Assembly: GCA_029858305.1 (NCBI GenBank)
Contig: JAOUFI010000037.1
Location: 1-20,177, forward strand
Source: Candidatus Thorarchaeota archaeon
GTDB lineage: Archaea; Asgardarchaeota; Thorarchaeia; Thorarchaeales; Thorarchaeaceae
DNA length: 20,177 nt
Reading direction: 5' to 3'
The notes below the pieces were generated by a model. It made no database searches. It had not been told where the DNA came from and saw only the letters and a program-made list of their open reading frames with translations. This document shows, piece by piece, positions 8,084 through 16,231 of this stretch. Both the position numbers and the translations under genes were made by a program. How positions within the stretch are numbered: the stretch's first letter is position 1; each line of letters begins with the position of its first letter.

Positions 8084-9078
8084 ACTACATAGCACGAAGA
8101 GCGCAGAGCAAGGATGACATGGATTTTTTCTTCAAGTTAAGTTTTGATACGATGATGGCAACAGAAAATAGGAGAAACTTCTATGATGAAATGATTAACA
8201 AAAATCCCGATGCTTCAGACGAGGAGATATTTAAACTTCATAGAAAAGAAATTGAGGAATATTTCGATTTTACACATCCAAGTGCAAGAGTCTTCGTGGT
8301 GGAAACAAATGATGAGGAATATTGCGGATACTTGTGGATGGGTCTACGAAATAGTAAAGATATTTGGGACCTCGAGAAGTCGCAATGGATCTATGATGTC
8401 GTTGTCGACCCCAAGTTTCAGGGCAAGGGTCTGGGAAAGATGCTCTTACAACAGGCAGAAGAATTCGCACGTGAATCAAATGTCAACATTGGATTATTTG
8501 TTCATACTGATAATACCCCAGCAATAACACTCTATAAAAAAATGGAATACAAAATCAAGGTTGTACCAGTTTCGAAGAAGTTGAACACAGACGATTATGA
8601 AATTGATATTGATCATGGATTTGTTGTTAAGAGGGACCAAGAAATTGAGTCGGACATTGTTCAAAGGATGGGGTTTGAAAGGTTCAAGAGAAAGGTACGG
8701 TTTTCATTTGATGTTGATGATACAACAATAAGAGAACGATATGAAGAACATGTCAGTAGATATGCAACAGCTCCAGAAAAACATCAACGATTTGTAGCGC
8801 TGACAAAAAATGGAGAGATAGCTGGTTCGATATGGGTCGGGGTTTCAGATTTCAATGAGAAAGTTGCAATGATATACGAACTCTTGGTCTGCAACGATTA
8901 TAGGAATAGTATGCTTAGCGAGATGCTAACCAATTCGACAGAAAAGTGGGCTAAAAATGAAGGTTTCTCTATAATGTATATCCTCTTGCATTCTGAAGAT
9001 GATTTAGATGCAGAGTTCTTTGAGTCAAAGGGCTACGTGGTTCCTGGATTCTTCATGGAAAAACGATTGAAGACCTAA
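8080..9078 (+). CDS. Tandem GNAT acetyltransferase (two GNAT domains)
   Basis: WIYDVVVDPKFQGKGLGKMLL...NTPAITLYKK; second domain IYELLVCNDYRNSML...FFESKGY; ATGA overlap with the upstream stop codon. Confidence 0.88.
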   Translation: MNYIARRAQSKDDMDFFFKLSFDTMMATENRRNFYDEMINKNPDASDEEIFKLHRKEIEEYFDFTHPSARVFVVETNDEEYCGYLWMGLRNSKDIWDLEKSQWIYDVVVDPKFQGKGLGKMLLQQAEEFARESNVNIGLFVHTDNTPAITLYKKMEYKIKVVPVSKKLNTDDYEIDIDHGFVVKRDQEIESDIVQRMGFERFKRKVRFSFDVDDTTIRERYEEHVSRYATAPEKHQRFVALTKNGEIAGSIWVGVSDFNEKVAMIYELLVCNDYRNSMLSEMLTNSTEKWAKNEGFSIMYILLHSEDDLDAEFFESKGYVVPGFFMEKRLKT

Positions 9079-9110
9079 TTCGTATATTCAGCAATATTGA
9101 AAGGGGTGGA

Positions 9111-11327
9111 ATGCACCTTGTTACAATTGGAGTGTTTATCCCGCTGAAACGAGCTATAGAGTCCACATTTCCAATTGCCAAGATTAATCAAATAGCTGAA
9201 GGTGAATCCACTGGATTTGGACGAAGACACTATAGACCAGTTTATGTCATGCACAAGTGGTGGGCACGGAGGCTTGGATCAATATTTCGGTCAATTATCC
9301 TTTACTCATTGGCAGATGAAAAACTGACCTCATGGGATAAAAAGGCAGAGAATCTTTGGAAATTTTATTCACAGGATGTTCAGCTTCATGGAAAAGTTGT
9401 GTTGGATCCGATGATGGGAGGCGGTACAACTGTAGTAGAAGCACTGAAACTTGGTTGTAAGGTTGTGGGTGGAGACCTTAATCCTGTAGCTTGGTTCATC
9501 GTGAAGAAATCAGTCGAAGATATCGATCCAGAGCTACTCCGTCAGGCTCTTACCAATATTAATCGAGATTTGGGAAACGATCTTCGAAAGTATTATCGTA
9601 CCACTTGTCCAGAATGCGGCAAACAAGCAGAGGGAATATACTATTTTTACTACAAAGAAGTTCTATGTCCAAAATGCGCAAAAGCAGTTCCACTTATGCG
9701 TAATTTCTTCCTTGCTAAATCACCTACCCGACGGAATGATTATGTGGTTTGTCCCAACTGTTGGAACGTCTTTCAAACAAAAAATGCCAAAAAAGTCACA
9801 AAATGTCCATGTTGTGATGAAAAATTCATAGCAATGCAAAGAAAATTCATCGTTGGTCGCAAATTCAAGTGCCACGACGAATCATGCGGGACACATAGTA
9901 TAGTCAAGACAATTCAGAGTATGAGTGAAAGACCCAAAGAGAAATTGTATGCTATCGAGTTCTATTGTGAACACTGTGATTTAACTAAAAACGAGAAATT
10001 AAAGAATGGCAGAGGTTACAAGACGTCTGACGAGATGGATAATGAACTTCTGGCTAAAGCAACAGAAGAATTCCTCAGAGTTGGCGATTCACTTCCGATA
10101 CCAAGAAATGCCATTCCGGACGGTGTGGAAACTAGAAGAGCACACAATCATGGATATAGAGATTTCAAAGACTTGTTCAATTCCCGTCAATTGTTGAATC
10201 TAGGTAAAATCTATCGATGGATTCTAAATATCAGCGATCAAAATTTGAAAGAGTTCATGATTCTGGCTTTTTCTAACTGTTTAAAGTATAACAATATGTT
10301 CGCAAAATACAATGCTACAAGAGGGTTTATCACAGATATTTTTCGTACACATTCGATTTCGCCCTCGTTAGCACCAGTTGAAGCAAATTGTTATGATACA
10401 AAGAAAGGAAGAGGTGCGTTCACAGCATTTGTGAATCTAGTAATAGAGGGGAAAGAGTATTGTCGGGCTCCATTTGAACGAATTATTGATGGAAAATCAA
10501 AGCAAAAAGTGACTTTTCGTACAAAAATCGAGGGAAAACTAGCTAGAAGCTATTCTGACTTCGATGAAGACGCGACAGTATTTCTTCGATGTGGTTCATC
10601 CGACTCACTTCCTATTCCAGATTCAAGTGTTGATGCGGTAATCACCGATCCACCATACTTCGGGAATGTGATGTACTCAGAATTATCTAACTTCTTCTAC
10701 GTCTGGTTGAAACTTGGATTGAAGGATAAATATCAGGAATTCAAGCCAGAATTCGTACCATGGTTTGAAGAAATTATCGAAAACAGAGTACAAGCAAAGG
10801 GTAGAGAGGAATATATTCGCGGTCTAGAAAAAGTTCTTTCAGAAGCACATCGCGTCTTAGCTTCGGATGGTGTTCTTGTTTTTACCTTCCATCATACAAA
10901 GTTTGCAGCTTGGGGAGCACTCTTGGAGGCCTTACTTACCTCGGAATTCTATATCACGGCAACATATCCTGTTAGAAGTGAGATGAGAGCATCAACACAT
11001 CTGCATGGAATGATGAATATCAGTTACGACATGGTATTTGTATGCAGAAAGAGAGAAATTGACCCTAATTCAATTACATGGTCTACTCTTCTGGCAGCGG
11101 TAATGAAATCTGTAAATGAAACAACTAGAGACCTTGAGAAAAATGGACAGTTACTGAGCAAGCAAGATATTCTTGCAATCGTGCTTGGTAAATGGCTGCA
11201 GCTTTATTCAAGATATTACCCCAACGTGACAAATGAAAAGAGTAATGTAAATCCAGACTTAGCACTCTCACTAATTGAGAGAAACATCGTTAGGATTCTT
11301 CAAGATATTTCTATGGGGAGTTTATAG
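9111..11327 (+). CDS. DUF1156-type adenine-specific DNA methyltransferase with Zn-ribbon insert
   Basis: HKWWARR, LDPMMGGGT (motif I), ITDPPYF (motif IV), several CxxC pairs, LVFTFHH; the true start may be slightly downstream (GGAGTG precedes LKRAIESTFP). Confidence 0.9.
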   Translation: MHLVTIGVFIPLKRAIESTFPIAKINQIAEGESTGFGRRHYRPVYVMHKWWARRLGSIFRSIILYSLADEKLTSWDKKAENLWKFYSQDVQLHGKVVLDPMMGGGTTVVEALKLGCKVVGGDLNPVAWFIVKKSVEDIDPELLRQALTNINRDLGNDLRKYYRTTCPECGKQAEGIYYFYYKEVLCPKCAKAVPLMRNFFLAKSPTRRNDYVVCPNCWNVFQTKNAKKVTKCPCCDEKFIAMQRKFIVGRKFKCHDESCGTHSIVKTIQSMSERPKEKLYAIEFYCEHCDLTKNEKLKNGRGYKTSDEMDNELLAKATEEFLRVGDSLPIPRNAIPDGVETRRAHNHGYRDFKDLFNSRQLLNLGKIYRWILNISDQNLKEFMILAFSNCLKYNNMFAKYNATRGFITDIFRTHSISPSLAPVEANCYDTKKGRGAFTAFVNLVIEGKEYCRAPFERIIDGKSKQKVTFRTKIEGKLARSYSDFDEDATVFLRCGSSDSLPIPDSSVDAVITDPPYFGNVMYSELSNFFYVWLKLGLKDKYQEFKPEFVPWFEEIIENRVQAKGREEYIRGLEKVLSEAHRVLASDGVLVFTFHHTKFAAWGALLEALLTSEFYITATYPVRSEMRASTHLHGMMNISYDMVFVCRKREIDPNSITWSTLLAAVMKSVNETTRDLEKNGQLLSKQDILAIVLGKWLQLYSRYYPNVTNEKSNVNPDLALSLIERNIVRILQDISMGSL

Positions 11328-11349
11328 CAGTCTTATATGACTAATTTAC

Positions 11350-11601
11350 ATGAAACCGAGGCGACTGCTGCGAATATGGGACAGGGTCAGAGGAGAATTT
11401 GTTGAGATGCCTGTTGAGTATCCTCCAGATACAACTCTTGCATGTAAGGAGTGTAGGTATTTTGATGATGAAAACAGGATTTGTCTAGGTGTGGGGTCAA
11501 CATATTACATGAAGAAGACTCCATATTACGAGTTCGTACCACGATACAGTGAGTGCCAGATTAGACTTCCTCCTGATCTTCTCTCTTTTATTCAATCCTA
11601 G
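11350..11601 (+). CDS. Small hypothetical Cys-containing protein
   Basis: 83 aa; CKECRYF...ICLG...EC pattern. Confidence 0.6.
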   Translation: MKPRRLLRIWDRVRGEFVEMPVEYPPDTTLACKECRYFDDENRICLGVGSTYYMKKTPYYEFVPRYSECQIRLPPDLLSFIQS

Positions 11602-11797
11602 ATATTTCTAAACAAATGTGGTAGAAGTTCAAGGATAATCTAGACTGTACTGTGGAACCATCATTCCCATTTGGGATTTCATCAAGCCACCTCATTGAAT
11701 CCAGGGTATGATAATTTCTATACCTTGGTTTCTTTTGGCATACTGTCTTGACCAATCAGGTTTTAACTTTTCAATCCAAGATTAATAATGATTGACC

Positions 11798-12016
11798 ATG
11801 ACTGGCAGAATATGTAATGTTGAGAGAAATAAGGAACAATGTGGCTGTACCTATCCTGGATGTTCAAGGCAAGGGTACTGCTGTGATTGTCTTCAATATC
11901 ATTGGAAACATCGAGAGCTGCCAGGATGTATATTCCCACCCGAAGCAGAGAAAACCTATGATAGGTCTCTAGAGAACTTTATTGAAGTGTGGAGTAAGAA
12001 ACTAAAGAAGAAATGA
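11798..12016 (+). CDS. Small Cys-rich protein (DUF6485-like)
   Basis: CGCTYPGCSRQGYCCDCLQYH...LPGCIFPPEAEKTYDRS family pattern. Confidence 0.8.
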   Translation: MTGRICNVERNKEQCGCTYPGCSRQGYCCDCLQYHWKHRELPGCIFPPEAEKTYDRSLENFIEVWSKKLKKK

Positions 12017-12306
12017 TATTCAAAAAAATTTATTATAAAATGCGTGCAGATTGTTCTTGGGAGAGCTGTTTGAAACAGGCACATATCGGGTTGCTGCTCA
12101 TGGTGTCCAGTTTTATAGCTTGGAATCTAGCTACATCATTTCTCTTTCACTACATAGTTCGTGTGCTGCATCCTGATCAAGCATTTGGAGAACCAATATG
12201 GGTAATCGATCCTTTAGGATTCATGGTCATTTCAGTTCCAGCAGGGATTGTATTCTTGCTTGGAGCAATAGCAGTCTTCAGTGATATACTTCCAAAAGAA
12301 CAATGA
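12013..12306 (+). CDS. Hypothetical two-TM membrane protein
   Basis: Two hydrophobic segments; ATGA overlap with the previous gene; true start uncertain. Confidence 0.55.
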   Translation: MIFKKIYYKMRADCSWESCLKQAHIGLLLMVSSFIAWNLATSFLFHYIVRVLHPDQAFGEPIWVIDPLGFMVISVPAGIVFLLGAIAVFSDILPKEQ

Positions 12307-12307
12307 G

Positions 12308-12385
12308 TGGCGGGCGCGGCAGGATTTGAACCTGCGGCATCCAACTTCGAAGGCTGGCGCCCTATCCTGGCTAGACTACGCGCCC
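12308..12385 (-). tRNA. tRNA-Arg(TCG), intronless, encoded CCA
   Basis: GGGCGCG/CGCGCCC-G-CCA; anticodon arm CCAGC CTTCGAA GTTGG; T-arm GCAGG TTCAAAT CCTGC. Confidence 0.97.
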
Positions 12386-12479
12386 CAGACTCCCTTGAGT
12401 TGCTTGACTCTTAAGATTTCTGTCATACACTACTTGCCACTATTGGTTTGAATATGCACTTCCTATCAACCAAGAAATC

Positions 12480-13517
12480 TCATATTGGGAAAAGTTTCCG
12501 CATTTTTTCTTCAGTCGGGTTTCGGACTACACCACGATCAGTAATAATTGCATCAATCAACTCAGGGGGTGTTATATCGAATGCAGGATTATACACCTTT
12601 GCATCAGGAACTGTCACATACTCACCATTAATTATGCGAACCTCATCGGGATCACGTTCTTCAATAATCACATCTTCGGGATTGGTTTCCATATCTATTG
12701 TCGAAGTTGGAGCCACAGAATAGAATGGAATATTATGGTACTTTGCGGTTATTGCCATGGTATATGTTCCAATCTTGTTGATAATATGCCCTGTACGTAA
12801 TATTCTATCAGCACCAACGACACAGCAATCAACACGGCCTTCTCTGAAGACTGTCCCTATCATCCCGTCTGTGATTAAGGTCGTATCAATGCTGTCCTCT
12901 ATGAACTCAAATACAGTCAATCTTGCACCCTGTTGACGAGGTCTTGTTTCTGCAGAGTATACTTTGATATCACCATTATATTTCTCGTGAGCAATTCTTA
13001 CAACTGCCCCTACTGTACCAAGATGCACTGTTGCAAGTGAACCTGCATTGCATATTGTCTGAATTGTAAAGCCTGATTTTATGAATTCAAGTGCATTTTC
13101 ACCCATACTTCTGCACATACGAACATCTTCCTCAGCAATCTCTTTTGCTTCATCGATGAGTTTTTGGATTACATCATCGACACTACCAGTTGCATTTTTG
13201 GCAGTTTCAAGCATGCGTGCAGTAGCCCAAGTCAGATTCACTGCAGTTGGTCGGGTGTTGAGCGTGTTTGCCGCATTCTCTAGGTATTCCAATAGGTCGC
13301 CTATTGTTCTAGCCTTGCTTTCAATTGCAGCTAAAGCCATGCCCATACCTGCAGCTGCACCAATCGCAGGAGCACCACGAATCTCCATTTTTTTAATCGA
13401 TGCTGCAATACGTTCATGACTATCTGTTACAATATGCTCTAAAGTCAGGGGTAATTTTGTCTGATCAACAAGACGAACTTGGGATGTGTCATCAAGCCAC
13501 TCAATCGTTCGAAACAT
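12480..13517 (-). CDS. mtnA: S-methyl-5-thioribose-1-phosphate isomerase (eIF2B-alpha-related family)
   Basis: DQTKLP, IRGAPAIG, TRPTAVNL, CNAGSLAT, ETRPRQQGARLT, VGADRI, NKIGTY, NPAFDITP. Confidence 0.9.
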   Translation of the reverse strand: MFRTIEWLDDTSQVRLVDQTKLPLTLEHIVTDSHERIAASIKKMEIRGAPAIGAAAGMGMALAAIESKARTIGDLLEYLENAANTLNTRPTAVNLTWATARMLETAKNATGSVDDVIQKLIDEAKEIAEEDVRMCRSMGENALEFIKSGFTIQTICNAGSLATVHLGTVGAVVRIAHEKYNGDIKVYSAETRPRQQGARLTVFEFIEDSIDTTLITDGMIGTVFREGRVDCCVVGADRILRTGHIINKIGTYTMAITAKYHNIPFYSVAPTSTIDMETNPEDVIIEERDPDEVRIINGEYVTVPDAKVYNPAFDITPPELIDAIITDRGVVRNPTEEKMRKLFPI

Positions 13518-14019
13518 CTCTAATACCTCTCAAGTGTTCTTTCAGAAGACGCTCCAGACTCGCGATGATTTTCTCTGCGACTTCTTTAATCTCAGGATTT
13601 AGTCCCTCCCCGAACTGTATACTTTTCGGCTGAATCCCAAGAAGAATCGTTTTACCACCGGTTTCCTGTTCTAAGTACATCATAAGGAATGACAATGGCA
13701 TACTATGTGTGCTGATATTGATACCACCGATTCTATCTTTTGTAACCAGTTCAATATGCCCTGGAGGCTTTTGCATGTCTGCGGCATCAATCATTATGAC
13801 ACATTCTGCGCCAAATTCAGCCAAAGGACGCGCAAATCCTTCAGGAACCGACCCGACATTCTCGATTAAGACATCTGGATCATCCAAACATAGTGAGTTA
13901 ACTATGAAGGGTCCAAGACCATCATCTGTTCTGAGATCATTTCCAATGCCCAGGATAGCTATTCTTTTTGCATCAGAGATGAAGTCCATCAGAGCTTCTT
14001 CGAAATTTTTATCGCTCAC
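13501..14019 (-). CDS. hycI: Hydrogenase maturation endopeptidase (HycI-type)
   Basis: LGIGNDLRTDDGLG, VPE, IDAADM, STHSMPL, LGIQP; overlaps the mtnA start. Confidence 0.9.
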   Translation of the reverse strand: MSDKNFEEALMDFISDAKRIAILGIGNDLRTDDGLGPFIVNSLCLDDPDVLIENVGSVPEGFARPLAEFGAECVIMIDAADMQKPPGHIELVTKDRIGGINISTHSMPLSFLMMYLEQETGGKTILLGIQPKSIQFGEGLNPEIKEVAEKIIASLERLLKEHLRGIRDVSND

Positions 14020-14114
14020 GATATCGCATCATGTTACATATGCTATAGTTCTTGTGGCACGACGAAGGGTTTTTCACATTATCTGGATGGCTACATGAAG
14101 TAGGCGAGTACCAA

Positions 14115-14753
14115 TTGTCAGATGAGAATAATATACCTCCCAACCAAGAGGACTATGATGAAGACAATGATTACGTGATTGAAGAGGAAGATCTTGCTGA
14201 ACCTGAGGGAGAACCAGCGGAAGTGATTTTTGAGAATGGAAAAGGCTATGCTGCAAGCGAAGATGCGGATAAACTATCACAACAAGGATTCTATGGTACT
14301 CGTATTGAAGGCAACAGATTAGAGCTTGAGCCAGTCGAACTCCTCCATCTAATTGAAAGGAAAAGAGTTACTGTGAAAACGTCTTCGGGGAACAGCGTTG
14401 GATCGGATTATATAGTAAGTGAGCTGTTGGAGGAAGATCCGGACCTTTGGGTGAGTTACCTTGTTTTTAGGGATCTCAGGAGCAGAGGATATGCAGTTCG
14501 TAAAGGATTTGGTCGGGGAATTGGATTTCGAGTATATGCTCGAGGCGACCGTCCTGGAGCTGCTAATGCAAAAGAGCTAGTATACGTTCTCAAAGAGGGT
14601 GTACCAATATCGCTTGGTGATTTAGATTTAGTGACTCAAACAGCAGTTAGTTCTAGAAAAAGCCTAGTATTTGCACTTGTTGACCAAAATGGAGAGGTTA
14701 ATTTCTACAAAGTTGCACAGTCGACCCTGAGAAACCGTAGTGGTGATGAATGA
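14115..14753 (+). CDS. endA: tRNA-intron endonuclease family subunit, probably structural/non-catalytic, with acidic N-terminal tail
   Basis: GFYG, LELEPVELLHL, YLVFRDLRSRGYAV, FRVY, RK, VDQNGEVNFY; the catalytic His position is Asn; probable TTG start at 14115. Confidence 0.8.
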   Translation: MSDENNIPPNQEDYDEDNDYVIEEEDLAEPEGEPAEVIFENGKGYAASEDADKLSQQGFYGTRIEGNRLELEPVELLHLIERKRVTVKTSSGNSVGSDYIVSELLEEDPDLWVSYLVFRDLRSRGYAVRKGFGRGIGFRVYARGDRPGAANAKELVYVLKEGVPISLGDLDLVTQTAVSSRKSLVFALVDQNGEVNFYKVAQSTLRNRSGDE

Positions 14754-16021
14754 TGAGTGATGATGACAATGATTCGCAGAGTGAAGAGATACTCACTTTG
14801 AAAGCGTTCTTTGATGAACATACAATGAGCGTGCACTTAATTGAGAGAAACCCGCCGCGAGCTAAAAGAGGAACTCCAGGAAACTGGGAATTGGTTGAAC
14901 TATCAGATCGAATTCTCACCTACGAAGAACTGGATATTCTCGCTGAGGCTATCATGGAAACAGCAGAGAACGATAAGGATTCTTTCATCGAGATAGAAGA
15001 AGATGGGGCTGCAGTCGTACAACTACGGAACTTGAGAATTGCAATTGCCAGACGCCCCTTTGCTGATAAGATGGAGATTTCTGCAATCAGACCAATTGTG
15101 AAACTCAATTTAGAAGATTATCGTCTTAGTTCCAAACTAATGAAGAGACTCGAATCGCGTGCAGAAGGTATACTTGTTTCAGGGTCACCTGGTTCTGGTA
15201 AGAGTACATTCGCCGCAGCGTTAGCTGAGTTTTACGGGCATAAAGGAAATGTTGTCAAGACACTTGAACAACCAAGAGACCTTCAGGTGGAGGAGTCTAT
15301 TGTACAATACTCTCCTCTTGATGGAAGTATGGAAAAAGCTGCAGATATCTTGCTACTTGTTAGACCAGACTTTGTCATTTATGACGAGCTACGAAAAAAC
15401 TCTGACTTTCAAGCATATGCTGACCTTCGTTCTGCAGGAGTGGGAATGGTGGGTGTTGTTCACGCAGGATCCTCTATTGATGCGCTTCAAAGGTTGCTTC
15501 TTGGTGGCAGAGTTGAGCTAGGTCAAGTACCAAGCACTGTTGATACAGTTGTTCACATTGAGGATGGGAGAGTGGCAAAAGTAAATTCGCTCTCATTGAA
15601 GGTGAAGCTTCCTACTGGTATGAGTAGTTCACAAAGAGACCTTGCAAGACCTGTAGTTGAGGTCAGGGATTTTGAACTTGGCTTGCTCGAGTATGAAATG
15701 TTTACCTTTGGTGGAGAGAAAGTTGTGGTACCTGTAAGAAGTGTAACAATTCCTACTGCTAGAGGAGAAGAAAGACGACGTGGTGTTCCCGGAGAAACGG
15801 TTCCAGTTTCATTGAGTTATAGCAAGAAAAAGGTCACAGTGTATGCAGGGAGGAAGTATGCAAAACAAAGGGTCGAACTTTTTGCAGAGGATCAGTATCT
15901 ACTGACCACCGTAATTGGTGGAAATGGAGAAAGCTCAATCCGTGTGAAGACAAGACAAGGGGCTGTACTTGTTGATGCAATGGAAGATGGATTGAAAATA
16001 ACTGCGAAAATTGTTGAATAG
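14750..16021 (+). CDS. PINA/MJ1533-family (PilT/T2SS-like) ATPase lacking the PIN and apparently the KH domain
   Basis: FFDEHTMSVHL..PPRAKRGTPG, GILVSGSPGSGKSTF, KTLEQPRDL, LLLVRPDFVIYDELR, GMVGVVHA, DLARPVVEVRDF, EYEMFTFG. Confidence 0.88.
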   Translation: MMSDDDNDSQSEEILTLKAFFDEHTMSVHLIERNPPRAKRGTPGNWELVELSDRILTYEELDILAEAIMETAENDKDSFIEIEEDGAAVVQLRNLRIAIARRPFADKMEISAIRPIVKLNLEDYRLSSKLMKRLESRAEGILVSGSPGSGKSTFAAALAEFYGHKGNVVKTLEQPRDLQVEESIVQYSPLDGSMEKAADILLLVRPDFVIYDELRKNSDFQAYADLRSAGVGMVGVVHAGSSIDALQRLLLGGRVELGQVPSTVDTVVHIEDGRVAKVNSLSLKVKLPTGMSSSQRDLARPVVEVRDFELGLLEYEMFTFGGEKVVVPVRSVTIPTARGEERRRGVPGETVPVSLSYSKKKVTVYAGRKYAKQRVELFAEDQYLLTTVIGGNGESSIRVKTRQGAVLVDAMEDGLKITAKIVE

Positions 16022-16075
16022 AAAGGCGCAAGCGACAAAAACTTTAACAACTGACAGCCATTCGAACAATCCAGT

Positions 16076-16207
16076 GGGCCCGTGGCCTAGCCTGGACCAC
16101 CAAGTATCAACCTTGTTGGAGGTCTATAGGGCACCAGCCTCCTATGATAGCATAGATCTATTGGAGAGAGTTGGTAATCCCCGGTTCAAATCCGGGCGGG
16201 CCCGCCA
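16076..16207 (+). tRNA. tRNA-Arg(CCT) with two introns: about 30 nt in the D-loop (~16096-16125) and 24 nt at 37/38 (16145-16168)
   Basis: GGGCCCG/CGGGCCC-G-CCA; anticodon stem CCAGC/GTTGG; strict BHB (CTCC/GGAG, bulges TA|T and AG|A); T-arm CCCGG TTCAAAT CCGGG; removing both inserts gives 78 nt colinear with tRNA-Arg(TCG); TTTAA TATA-like box about 30 nt upstream. Confidence 0.9.
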
Positions 16208-16231
16208 CTCTCCTTTTCGGGGGGATACATC

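Noticed and set aside
7286-9078. SagB/ThcOx plus GNAT as a RiPP (azole peptide) cluster
   Set aside because: No YcaO, precursor peptide or transporter nearby; stand-alone SagB-like nitroreductases are common in anaerobes.
12480-13517. eIF2B subunit or ribose-1,5-bisphosphate isomerase
   Set aside because: DQTKLP, CNAGSLAT and ETRPxxQGARLT fit the MtnA subfamily better.
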